DNA from: Anaerovoracaceae bacterium | Lineage (GTDB): Bacteria; Bacillota; Clostridia; Peptostreptococcales; Anaerovoracaceae | NCBI GenBank assembly: GCA_035268985.1 | Contig: DATFJV010000078.1 | Location: 315 to 64,314, forward strand | Reading direction: 5' to 3' | Length of the DNA: 64,000 nt | Part shown: piece after piece, positions 41,301 to 48,840 of the stretch | How the letters are laid out: each line of letters opens with the position of its first letter | How positions within the stretch are numbered: the stretch's first letter is position 1 | Program-made: the position numbers and the translations under genes | Notes under the pieces: generated by a model | The model's input: the letters and a program-made list of their open reading frames with translations, nothing else | Told to the model about the DNA's origin: nothing | Database searches by the model: none

Positions 41301-41552
41301 TTTGGAGCTACTTGAAGATGTAGTGAATCTCTCTTCATAAATATTAACTTTAGTATTATTATCCAAATCATCTTTTATGTCATAACTAATACTAGGGCCA
41401 CTTCTTACATTAAGTCCTATTTTTGTATTCACATATCCATAATCACCTGCTGTTGTTCCATAACTATAACTAAATGAATAAGTAATAATCATAGATAATA
41501 TTAACAACACAGTTAAAATTATTCTATATGTTTTATTAACTAATGATTTCAT
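38313..41552 (-). CDS. secreted cell-wall hydrolase: repeated SH3b pairs + GH73-like N-acetylglucosaminidase + C-terminal cadherin-like beta-sandwich
   Basis: 1079 aa; N-terminal signal/TM (IILTVLLILSMII). Three ~137-aa double-SH3b modules and a fourth diverged pair. Catalytic region (YMDPRNFIN..., VSPVHLAARAKVETGGG, YNPYNIGA, YTQKFNV). C-terminal YLSNLEVVGY...YKITVNK domain. Confidence 0.8.
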   Translation of the reverse strand: MKSLVNKTYRIILTVLLILSMIITYSFSYSYGTTAGDYGYVNTKIGLNVRSGPSISYDIKDDLDNNTKVNIYEERFTTSSSSSKSNIWIAINSSKTSFVRSDFIDNVVYDTVKGTTNVDLNYRVGAGTGMRRIGTFNKGKSIDIACEALNNKGELWYKVKVGSSYYYVSSKYVSLSSSNESNSEDIKEEDATENIDTNEDYDKAYVDSIFGLNVRKGPSTSYSKVGRLSNNEKINVYSEKFVSSYNYSDKYIWLNISSADNKYVRSDYVDNYSYETKSGVTTTKLNYRMGAGVGMKYAGTFSNGASVEVIGDAYDSKGGLWYKVKIGNKYYYAYAKYINFENSSSEEETNTPIEDKPVEEEVVVTADSLITKGNVDAKYGLNIRKGPGINYSIAGLLINNKEILIYEEKFVSSSRYDDRYIWLVLNESDSKYVRSDFIDGLSYENIQGTTTTNLNYRKGAGTGMPLVGTFNEGQTINIVAKARSNNNQLWYKVKVGSRYYYVSADYVSLSSGNNSGDSEINVPTKPNMTNEEFETFIEEQGFPESYKVELRKMHAEHPSWIFYAQQIDIPFETVVDKESQPGTYSPSLIHEIYPESYKSVADGDYIFGQYAKTKVNGSANSIFIYNNGEFNILNETYTSSTSTSKGYIWYEVEFNGKSGYVKASNVYGEAYHSEIAVANHSTNIREGAGTSMNILGKYQVGDEVNVVMDVTDSAGMKWYKIEYNDNYAYVYAPNFDLQGDLKIAKGKLLDKGEYIPHDASCWFTADESAVQHYMDPRNFINSDDIYMFEDLSYHEEYQTEELVNKIISGTQLDKNGFKASWFIEAGRTYEVSPVHLAARAKVETGGGTGYAISGVTFTYGSSTYSGIYNPYNIGATSCSNPAAKGLYWAATGSTYQRPWNDKKTSVLGGAQFISNGYINNNQNSIYTQKFNVDNGLSNVATHQYMTNITAPLQEAGAVKSQYEELGIIDEQLAFIIPVYKDMQIEPYEKPNSSGNNNCYLSNLEVVGYNMDQSFDKDVLEYSVTCNADSIELKAIANSMDSIVQGIGNRELVSGSNVFEIKITSSSGKEKIYKITVNKE
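40026..41441 (-). repeat. three tandem ~137-codon modules (double SH3b) within the autolysin gene
   Basis: aa 38-176, 204-340 and 373-509 align (GLNVR.GPS..Y, IW...S....YVRSD..D, LNYR.GAG.GM...GTF..G, LWYKVK.G..YYY), separated by acidic/Ser-rich linkers. Confidence 0.85.
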
Positions 41553-41564
41553 TTAAACCTCCAT

Positions 41565-42149
41565 TTATTCATCAGGCCCTAACCTTCCATCGTTATAATG
41601 TTTTCTACAAAGTGAAATATATAAATCATTACCACCAACTAAAATCTGATCACCCTGCTTTACTATTTGACCATCAACAATTCTTGCAACCATTGTTGCC
41701 TTTCTTCCGCACCAACAAATTGTTTTAATTTCTTCTATTTTGTCAGCATATACTAACATATAGTATGAACCCTCGAACAGCTCATTTTTGAAATCATTCT
41801 TTAGTCCATATGCAAGCACTGGAACATCGAAGCTATCGACTATTTCAACTAGTTCTTGAACATGATGCTTCTTAAGAAATTGACATTCATCAACTAAAAT
41901 ACAATCAATTTTTTTCTTTGCATCTTCCCTTAAATATACTTCTAAAACATTCGTATCTTCACTACATACTAAAGCTTCTCTTTGTAATCCTATCCTAGAT
42001 TTAATAGTTCCTCTACCATATCTGTCGTCTACAGAAGGCACTAAACACATTACATTTTTACCACGTTCTTCATAATTATATGCTACTTTTATCAATTCAA
42101 TTGACTTACCAGCATTCATCGTACTATATCGATAATATAACTGTGACAT
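41565..42149 (-). CDS. tdk: thymidine kinase
   Basis: 194 aa; Walker A MNAGKS, zinc-ribbon cysteines CWCGRKA...CRKHY. Confidence 0.95.
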   Translation of the reverse strand: MSQLYYRYSTMNAGKSIELIKVAYNYEERGKNVMCLVPSVDDRYGRGTIKSRIGLQREALVCSEDTNVLEVYLREDAKKKIDCILVDECQFLKKHHVQELVEIVDSFDVPVLAYGLKNDFKNELFEGSYYMLVYADKIEEIKTICWCGRKATMVARIVDGQIVKQGDQILVGGNDLYISLCRKHYNDGRLGPDE

Positions 42150-42186
42150 AAATTTTACCTTTTTTCCATATTTTAAATACGTTTAA

Positions 42187-42215
42187 ATTATATATCAAAT
42201 ACAGTAAAATGTCAA
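42187..42215 (-). promoter_or_regulatory. consensus sigma-A promoter of tdk
   Basis: Minus strand TTGACA (42215-42210), 17-bp spacer, TATAAT (42192-42187), about 40 bp upstream of the tdk ATG. Confidence 0.7.
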
Positions 42216-42641
42216 GTATATCAAGCCTTAGAGAACTTTTATTCACATATGTACGTTCGTTGGATTTTTTAATCATTAATTTACAGATAATGAAAAGCGT
42301 ATACCTTAATATACAATCATATATACTAGCTGAGCCGTTAGTATATTCTGTACATAAATGGGACTATCTCCCGCCACACCACAAAGTGCATTAAATTATT
42401 ACCCATTAAATTTATCTTCTACGTTCAAATCGCATAGTTCTTTTAGTATTTTCAATATCCTTGTTTATTTAATTATGCGCCTTTGATGCTTTGCTTACAA
42501 CGAAGGTTAGCATTTATTTATTATACTAAAAAAGCACCTAAGCATTGCTATTTCAATGATTACGCACCTATGCACTTATCAGATTAATTGTTTGACTATA
42601 CTCTTAAAATATTTTTCAATAACAAATTCTCAAAAAATAAA

Positions 42642-42717
42642 TGGTGCCCAGACTCGGAATCGAACCAAGGACACAGGGATTTTCAGTCCCTTGCTCTACC
42701 AACTGAGCTATCTGGGC
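42642..42717 (-). tRNA. tRNA-Phe(GAA)
   Basis: Minus strand GCCCAGA...TCTGGGC-A-CCA; anticodon loop CTGAAAA; GGTTCGATTCC T-arm; 76 nt, CCA encoded. Confidence 0.93.
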
Positions 42718-42795
42718 ATTACACTTACATTTATTGTTTGTTCTTTAAGAATTTTATATTTCTTGCTTTTAGTGCTTAAATTATTATTTATTATA

Positions 42796-42872
42796 TGGTG
42801 GGCCATCGGGGACTTGAACCCAGGACCTGCCGGTTATGAGCCGGACGCTCTGACCAACTGAGCTAATGGCCC
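42796..42872 (-). tRNA. tRNA with CAT anticodon (elongator Met or lysidine-type Ile2; not initiator)
   Basis: GGGCCAT...ATGGCCC-A-CCA; anticodon loop CTCATAA; G1-C72 paired, so not initiator; 77 nt. Confidence 0.8.
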
Positions 42873-42884
42873 ACGTCAAATAAA

Positions 42885-42961
42885 TGGTCGGGGTGGCAGG
42901 ATTTGAACCCGCGGCCCACTGGTCCCAAACCAGTTGCGCTACCAAACTGCGCTACACCCCG
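42885..42961 (-). tRNA. tRNA-Pro(TGG)
   Basis: CGGGGTG...CACCCCG-A-CCA; anticodon loop TTTGGGA; 77 nt. Confidence 0.93.
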
Positions 42962-42975
42962 TTATTAAATTTTAT

Positions 42976-43051
42976 TGGCAGGGGCAGTAGGATTTGAACC
43001 CACGGCACGTGGTTTTGGAGACCACTGCTCTACCAACTGAGCTATGCCCCT
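42976..43051 (-). tRNA. tRNA-Trp(CCA)
   Basis: AGGGGCA...TGCCCCT-G-CCA; anticodon loop CTCCAAA; 76 nt. Confidence 0.93.
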
Positions 43052-43053
43052 AT

Positions 43054-43148
<95 letters not shown>

Positions 43149-43160
43149 ATGCTAGGCTAA

Positions 43161-43249
<89 letters not shown>

Positions 43250-43272
43250 AATGGATTCATGATAAAAATAAA

Positions 43273-43348
43273 TGGTGACCCATCGGAGATTCGAACTCCG
43301 GACACCTTGATTAAAAGTCAAGTGCTCTGCCAACTGAGCTAATGGGTC
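43273..43348 (-). tRNA. tRNA-Lys(TTT)
   Basis: GACCCAT...ATGGGTC-A-CCA; anticodon loop CTTTTAA; 76 nt. Confidence 0.93.
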
Positions 43349-43352
43349 ATTT

Positions 43353-43427
43353 TGGCTGGGGTAGCAGGACTCGAACCTACGAATGACGGAGTCAAAGTCC
43401 GTTGCCTTACCGCTTGGCTATACCCCA
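43353..43427 (-). tRNA. tRNA-Gln(TTG)
   Basis: TGGGGTA...TACCCCA-G-CCA (U1-A72, typical of Gln); anticodon loop CTTTGAC; 75 nt. Confidence 0.93.
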
Positions 43428-43449
43428 TAGTCTGGTCTTGCTAAAAAAA

Positions 43450-43526
43450 TGGTGAGCCCAAAGGGATTCGAACCCCTGACACACGGCTTAGAAGGCCGTT
43501 GCTCTATCCAACTGAGCTATGAGCCC
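43450..43526 (-). tRNA. tRNA-Arg(TCT)
   Basis: GGGCTCA...TGGGCTC-A-CCA (two G-U pairs); anticodon loop CTTCTAA; 77 nt. Confidence 0.9.
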
Positions 43527-43549
43527 ACAATAAATTAATAAAATTATTA

Positions 43550-43623
43550 TGGAGCGGATGATGAGAATCGAACTCACGCTATCAGCTTGGAAGGCTGAAG
43601 TTCTACCATTGAACTACATCCGC
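43550..43623 (-). tRNA. tRNA-Gly(TCC)
   Basis: GCGGATG...CATCCGC-T-CCA; anticodon loop CTTCCAA; 74 nt. Confidence 0.93.
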
Positions 43624-43627
43624 ATTT

Positions 43628-43702
43628 TGGAGCGGAAGACGAGATTCGAACTCGCGACCCTCGCCTTGGCAAGGCGATGCTCTACCCCTGAGCCACTTCC
43701 GC
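43628..43702 (-). tRNA. tRNA-Gly(GCC)
   Basis: GCGGAAG...CTTCCGC-T-CCA; anticodon loop CTTGCCA; 75 nt. Confidence 0.93.
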
Positions 43703-43706
43703 ATTT

Positions 43707-43791
43707 TGGTCGAGGGAGAAGGATTCGAACCTTCGAAAGCTCAGCTAACGGATTTACAGTCCGCCCCCTTTGGCCACTCGGGAATCCCTCG
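43707..43791 (-). tRNA. tRNA-Tyr(GTA), type II, with C1-G72 first pair
   Basis: CGAGGGA...TCCCTCG-A-CCA; anticodon loop CTGTAAA; 13-nt variable arm TAGCTGAGCTTTC; T-arm GAAGGTTCGAATCCTTC; 85 nt. Confidence 0.88.
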
Positions 43792-43800
43792 AAATCTTAT

Positions 43801-43875
43801 TGGAGCTGATGGAGGGAATCGAACCCCCAACCTGCTGATTACAAATCAGCTGCTCTACCGTTGAGCCACATCAGC
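43801..43875 (-). tRNA. tRNA-Thr(TGT)
   Basis: GCTGATG...CATCAGC-T-CCA; anticodon loop TTTGTAA; 75 nt. Confidence 0.93.
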
Positions 43876-43884
43876 GTATTAAAT

Positions 43885-43961
43885 TGGCGACCTGGATCGG
43901 GCTCGAACCGACGACCTCCAGCGTGACAGGCTGGCATTCTAACCAACTGAACTACCAGGCC
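43885..43961 (-). tRNA. tRNA-Asp(GTC)
   Basis: GGCCTGG...CCAGGTC-G-CCA; anticodon loop CTGTCAC; 77 nt. Confidence 0.93.
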
Positions 43962-43971
43962 AATTATTCAA

Positions 43972-44047
43972 TGGTGGGCGTAATAGGGCTCGAACCTATG
44001 ACCCCCTGCTTGTAAGGCAGGTGCTCTCCCAGCTGAGCTATACGCCC
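43972..44047 (-). tRNA. tRNA-Val(TAC)
   Basis: GGGCGTA...TACGCCC-A-CCA; anticodon loop CTTACAA; 76 nt; first gene of the array. Confidence 0.93.
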
Positions 44048-44074
44048 TTAACTATCAGGCTGACACATTTGATA

Positions 44075-44103
44075 ATTATACACGAACACTGTGTTCATGT
44101 CAA
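44075..44103 (-). promoter_or_regulatory. consensus sigma-A promoter of the tRNA array
   Basis: Minus strand TTGACA (44103-44098), exactly 17 bp, TATAAT (44080-44075); about 28 bp upstream of tRNA-Val. Confidence 0.8.
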
Positions 44104-44150
44104 GATTTTTTTGCTGTTACTTAAGTATTATTTTTCCCCCAACTACCTCA

Positions 44151-44174
44151 TAAAATGCCACTTATTTAAGTGGC
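44151..44174 (-). terminator. rho-independent terminator after yigZ
   Basis: Stem GCCACTT/AAGTGGC (44157-44163/44168-44174), loop ATTT, followed on the minus strand by ATTTTAT. Confidence 0.6.
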
Positions 44175-44217
44175 GAAAATTATAATACCATAACCACATT
44201 TCTTTGTCAATAAGTTT

Positions 44218-44853
44218 TTAAGTATTTGTAGGTGTCTTGATAAATATATTTTCTATATTACTAATATATAAATTCCCAGCTGTAATATTAGTTAAAATAT
44301 CGATTATTTCATCAAATTTTTCTTCTATTACGCTTATCTTAATATTAACTTTATCGGTGTATTTGATTTCAATTATTTTAAATAAACCTTCTTGTTCTAT
44401 ATTTTGTATTTTGCTTAAAAACGTATAATCGGTTTTTATTATTGCTGCTTTATTGGAAATAACATCAGCAATTAAAGCTTCCCCCACGGCTTCTTGTGCA
44501 ACCTTGGTGTATGCTCTAACCAAACCTCCAGTACCTAGCTTTATTCCACCAAAATATCTTGTAACAACTATTACCACATTTGTTACCCCCCTTGAAACTA
44601 GCATGTTGACTAAAGGCGCACCAGCCGTTCCTTGGGGTTCTCCATCATCACTAGCCCACTGTATATTGAATTTGTCCCCAATTACAATAGCAGGGACATT
44701 ATGAGCAGCATCTCTATGCTTTTTTTTAATGATAGAGATAAATTCATCAGCACATTCTTTGCTCTCAACGGGTTTAATATATGCTATAAACCTAGACTTG
44801 TTTATAACTTCCTCGTATACAGCTTCATTCATGACCGTACTAAACAATTTCAT
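44218..44853 (-). CDS. yigZ: YigZ/IMPACT family protein (UPF0029)
   Basis: 211 aa; SRFIAYI, DDGEPQGTAG. The alternative start at 44832 (MNEAVYEE) would remove the 14-bp overlap with hflX. Confidence 0.85.
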   Translation of the reverse strand: MKLFSTVMNEAVYEEVINKSRFIAYIKPVESKECADEFISIIKKKHRDAAHNVPAIVIGDKFNIQWASDDGEPQGTAGAPLVNMLVSRGVTNVVIVVTRYFGGIKLGTGGLVRAYTKVAQEAVGEALIADVISNKAAIIKTDYTFLSKIQNIEQEGLFKIIEIKYTDKVNIKISVIEEKFDEIIDILTNITAGNLYISNIENIFIKTPTNT

Positions 44854-46081
44854 ATTTACGTAATCTCCTGTAGTCGTCTATTTCCAAACTAATTATAATC
44901 ATAGTACCATTATCTAAATACTCTAAATTATCAATTATATATTTGTTGCAAAGATATGACACTAAATCTCCCCTTTCATAAGGCAATAATAATTTTGTGT
45001 TAATCTTATTGTCAAATAATTTTTCTATTATAACTTTCTTTACCGCTTTAAGATTGTATGCTTTCTTCGCTGATATGTATATATTATTATTCTTATCTAA
45101 TAAATTGTCACATTCATCTAATAAATCTATTTTATTGTAAACTTTTATTGTTTCTTTATTGCCACCACCTATTTCATTTATTACTTTATTTGCTACTTTT
45201 TCCTGAAATTCGGATTCGGGATTAGATATATCAATTACGTGAAGCAGCAAATCTGCGTATAGAACTTCCTCTAAGGTACCTTTGAATGCATCTATTAGAG
45301 TATGGGGTAGTTCACTTACAAAACCCACTGTATCGACCAAAATAAACTCATTTTTATCATATAATATAGACCTTTGATATGTATCTAAAGTTGCAAAGAG
45401 CATATCCTCCTCAAAAACATTTTTTTCTTCTTTTTGAGTATCATCTAAAATAGCATTCATTAATGCAGATTTACCAGCATTCGTATAGCCTATTAATGCA
45501 ACTACAGGTATATTAGCTTTTTCCCTTAATTTTCTCTGAGTATTTCTTACGGTTATAGCTTTGTCTATTTCATTTTTAATATCATCTATTCTTTTTTCAA
45601 TATGTCTTCTATCGGTTTCAATCTTTTTCTCACCAGGTCCCCTAGTTCCTATTCCGCCACCCTGTCTAGATAGATAATTACCAAAGCCACTCAATCTAGA
45701 TAGTCTATATCTTTGTTGCGCCAATTCAACTTGCAGCTTTCCGTTTTTAGTTTTAGCTCTCCTAGCAAAGATATCTAAAATCAATATGGTTCTATCTATA
45801 ACTTTAACATCTAGACGCTCTTCAAGATTTCTAAGTTGTGCCCCAGATAGTTCATTATTAAATATTACTAAATTAGCCCCCATATTGGAGACCATTTCTT
45901 TCAGTTCTATAACTTTCCCTTTGCCTATATATGTTGCGGTATTAGGTCTTTCGAGGGATTGTGTGCATAGTGCTATTACTTCAACTTCATCTGCTTTAGC
46001 TAATCCCTCAAGTTCTTTTATTGAATTTCCCCAATCTCGGTTAAAATTAATACCAACTATAATGGCTTTTTCATTTTCCAT
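44840..46081 (-). CDS. hflX: GTPase HflX
   Basis: 413 aa; HflX N-terminal domain (IFNNELSGAQLRNLE, LQVELAQQRY), G1 GYTNAGKSALMN, G3 DTVGF. Confidence 0.93.
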   Translation of the reverse strand: MENEKAIIVGINFNRDWGNSIKELEGLAKADEVEVIALCTQSLERPNTATYIGKGKVIELKEMVSNMGANLVIFNNELSGAQLRNLEERLDVKVIDRTILILDIFARRAKTKNGKLQVELAQQRYRLSRLSGFGNYLSRQGGGIGTRGPGEKKIETDRRHIEKRIDDIKNEIDKAITVRNTQRKLREKANIPVVALIGYTNAGKSALMNAILDDTQKEEKNVFEEDMLFATLDTYQRSILYDKNEFILVDTVGFVSELPHTLIDAFKGTLEEVLYADLLLHVIDISNPESEFQEKVANKVINEIGGGNKETIKVYNKIDLLDECDNLLDKNNNIYISAKKAYNLKAVKKVIIEKLFDNKINTKLLLPYERGDLVSYLCNKYIIDNLEYLDNGTMIIISLEIDDYRRLRKYEIV

Positions 46082-46827
46082 TAGACTATTTCATCCATTG
46101 AAGACAACAAATACTTATTTGTGATTTTTATTCTAGTGCCTTTCATTCCCAACGATCTAGATTCAATTACGCCAGCACTTTCTAGTTTTCTAAGGGTATT
46201 TACAATAACCGATCTAGTTATACCAGTTTCATCGGCTATTCTACTCGCCACCAATAACCCTTCATCTCCATCCAATTCGTCAAATATATATCTGACTGCT
46301 TCAAGTTCAGAATAAGATAAAGTTTCAAGGGCTTGTCTTACTATAGTTTTTTGTCTCTCTGTATGTTCAGATTCCAAGACATTCCCTCTTCCAATTTCAA
46401 GGCCAACTACGGTTGCACTATATTCACATAAGGCTATATCCAACTCACTAAATTCTTCATGATATTTGTATGCTATTATACTTCCAACACGTATTTCTCC
46501 TGAAATTGCAGGTACAATAGCATAATAACCGTCTTTTATAAACCCTTGTTGCCCAAATATTTTTTTCACTTCAGTCGAATTTAAATTATATACGGTCTCT
46601 TTTACTTTTGATAAATTAGTATTTTGTACATTATCAATTTCATTTACAGCATTTTTTAAACTATTGGACTTAGCCAATAATTTTCCTTTTTTGGATATTA
46701 TGCTAACTTTAGAATCAGTTACTTCACTCAATATACCGCATAAATCTTCAAATGAAAAATATCCTTCTTTGCTATGACTTAAAACCCAATTCAACTTTCT
46801 AAACTTTATTAATATCTTATTATCCAT
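46081..46827 (-). CDS. codY: GTP-sensing pleiotropic repressor CodY
   Basis: 248 aa; GAF-like N-terminus and C-terminal wHTH ASRIADETGITRSVIVNTLRKLESAGVIESRSLGMKGT. Confidence 0.95.
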   Translation of the reverse strand: MDNKILIKFRKLNWVLSHSKEGYFSFEDLCGILSEVTDSKVSIISKKGKLLAKSNSLKNAVNEIDNVQNTNLSKVKETVYNLNSTEVKKIFGQQGFIKDGYYAIVPAISGEIRVGSIIAYKYHEEFSELDIALCEYSATVVGLEIGRGNVLESEHTERQKTIVRQALETLSYSELEAVRYIFDELDGDEGLLVASRIADETGITRSVIVNTLRKLESAGVIESRSLGMKGTRIKITNKYLLSSMDEIV

Positions 46828-46840
46828 TATTTACTCCTGA

Positions 46841-48283
46841 TTAAAGTATGTATTGATCGATATTCTCTTTTTTAACTTTGTCTAAGAATTTTTCTTTCAC
46901 ATCTTCTTTAGTAATATTGATATCTGTTAAATCTTCACTTGGTAAATTAAACGAGATATCTTCCAATAGTTTGTCAATTATAGTATGGAGCCTTCTAGCT
47001 CCTATATTTTCTGTCTGTTCATTCATAAGGTAAGCCATAGTGGCTATTTCATCAATAGCTTCATTTTCAAAATCTATATTAACACCTTCTGTTTCCAAAA
47101 GTGCTTTATGTTGTTTAGTCAAAGCATTCTCTGGTACAGTAAGTATTTTTAGAAAATCCGATTTATCCAAGCTGTCAAGTTCAACTCTTATAGGGAATCT
47201 TCCTTGTAACTCAGGAATTAAATCCGAAGGTTTAGTAACATGAAAAGCTCCAGCTCCAATGAATAAAACAAAATCTGTTTTTACCGGACCATATTTAGTG
47301 TTTACAACGCTGCCTTCGACTATTGGAAGTATATCTCTTTGCACACCTTCCCTCGAAACATCGGCACCTGATTTCATTGAAGAACCAGCTGCAATTTTAT
47401 CAATTTCATCTATAAATACTATACCATTTTGTTCAGCGTTTTCCAATGCTTCATCAATTACTTGATCCATATCTATAAGATTCTGAGCTTCTTGCTCTCT
47501 TAAAATCTTTCTAGCTTCCTTTACTCTTACATTCTTTTTCTTAGTTTTTTTAGGCATCATATCACCAAATATATTACCAATAGCAACATTCATACCTTCA
47601 TTATTCATATCTAATTGATTAGATTTCGGATTATCATCCACCTCAATTTCAATAAATTGATCTTCTAGCAAACCTTCTTTAAGTTGTTTTCTTACTTGTT
47701 CTCTAGCCATTTCAAGGTCACTCTTATTATCATCTTCATCTCCAGAGTCTTTACCTTCTTCATATAATTGTTTTTGACTAGAATAACCACCACTATTTAG
47801 AATATAGTCAAAAGGATTGTTACCTTTCTTTTCATTTTTCTTTTTCTTGCCAGGTATTATTGCTTCAATTATTTTTTCTTCAGCAATTTGGTCTGCAATT
47901 TCATACTTTTCTTGGAGTCTACCCTGTTTTGTTATTCTAATTGAAGCTTCAACCAAGTCTCTAATCATTGAGTCAACATCTCTTCCAACATATCCTACTT
48001 CTGTAAATTTAGTAGCTTCTACTTTTACAAAAGGTGCATCCATCAACTTTGCCAACCTTCTTGCTATTTCAGTTTTTCCTACACCCGTAGGTCCCATCAT
48101 TAATATATTTTTAGGACTAATTTCTTCTTTGATTTCATCATCCAACAGACTTCTTCTATATCTATTTCTTAAAGCAATCGCTACAGATTTTTTAGCCTCA
48201 TCTTGCCCTATTATATATTTATCAAGCTCCGCAACAATTTCTTTCGGAGTCATACTAACTAATTTTAAATTCATTATGCTCAC
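46841..48283 (-). CDS. hslU: ATP-dependent protease ATPase subunit HslU
   Basis: 480 aa; Walker A GPTGVGKTEIARRLA, Walker B IVFIDEIDKI, acidic I-domain insertion. Confidence 0.95.
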   Translation of the reverse strand: MSIMNLKLVSMTPKEIVAELDKYIIGQDEAKKSVAIALRNRYRRSLLDDEIKEEISPKNILMMGPTGVGKTEIARRLAKLMDAPFVKVEATKFTEVGYVGRDVDSMIRDLVEASIRITKQGRLQEKYEIADQIAEEKIIEAIIPGKKKKNEKKGNNPFDYILNSGGYSSQKQLYEEGKDSGDEDDNKSDLEMAREQVRKQLKEGLLEDQFIEIEVDDNPKSNQLDMNNEGMNVAIGNIFGDMMPKKTKKKNVRVKEARKILREQEAQNLIDMDQVIDEALENAEQNGIVFIDEIDKIAAGSSMKSGADVSREGVQRDILPIVEGSVVNTKYGPVKTDFVLFIGAGAFHVTKPSDLIPELQGRFPIRVELDSLDKSDFLKILTVPENALTKQHKALLETEGVNIDFENEAIDEIATMAYLMNEQTENIGARRLHTIIDKLLEDISFNLPSEDLTDINITKEDVKEKFLDKVKKENIDQYIL

Positions 48284-48288
48284 CTCTC

Positions 48289-48828
48289 TTAAAGTTTTTC
48301 CACAGAAATATTATCATTTGTGTAAACACAAATCTGCGAAGCAATATTTAAAGATTCTCTAACTATTTCTTCAGCAGTCATATCAGTGTGCTCATATAGA
48401 GCCTTGGCAGCTGAGTATGCATAATTACCACCAGAACCAATAGCAATATAATTGTTATCAGGTATTATCACTTCACCATTTCCTGATATTACTAACAAAT
48501 CTTCTTTCCCTGCTACTATCATTAATGCTTCCAAGCTTCTAGCTGCTTTATCTTTTCTCCATAATTGAGCCAAATCTACTGCAGCTCTTTTTAAGTTCCC
48601 TGAATGTTCTTCAAGTTTATTTTCAAATTTATCAGTTAAAGAAAATGCATCTGCAACAGAACCTGCAAATCCAGTCAATACCGTATCCTTATATATTCTT
48701 TTAACTTTTCTTGCACCATTTTTCATTATTGTTGTTTCACCCATGGTTACTTGTCCGTCCCCACCAATGCAAACGTCATTTTCACCTCTTTTGACCGCTA
48801 CTATTGTTGTCGCATGAAATTGTATCAT
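48289..48828 (-). CDS. hslV: ATP-dependent protease subunit HslV
   Basis: 179 aa; N-terminal TTIVAV nucleophile region, GSGGNYA. Confidence 0.95.
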   Translation of the reverse strand: MIQFHATTIVAVKRGENDVCIGGDGQVTMGETTIMKNGARKVKRIYKDTVLTGFAGSVADAFSLTDKFENKLEEHSGNLKRAAVDLAQLWRKDKAARSLEALMIVAGKEDLLVISGNGEVIIPDNNYIAIGSGGNYAYSAAKALYEHTDMTAEEIVRESLNIASQICVYTNDNISVEKL

Positions 48829-48840
48829 AATTTACCTCCA

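Noticed and set aside
42209-42394. 61-aa plus-strand ORF upstream of tdk
   Set aside because: It starts inside the tdk promoter on the opposite strand. It has no RBS and no recognisable family, and its composition is typical of random AT-rich sequence.
47817-48362. 181-aa plus-strand ORF over hslU/hslV
   Set aside because: It is an antisense shadow of two strongly supported genes. Its sequence is low-complexity and hydrophobic, and it has no RBS.
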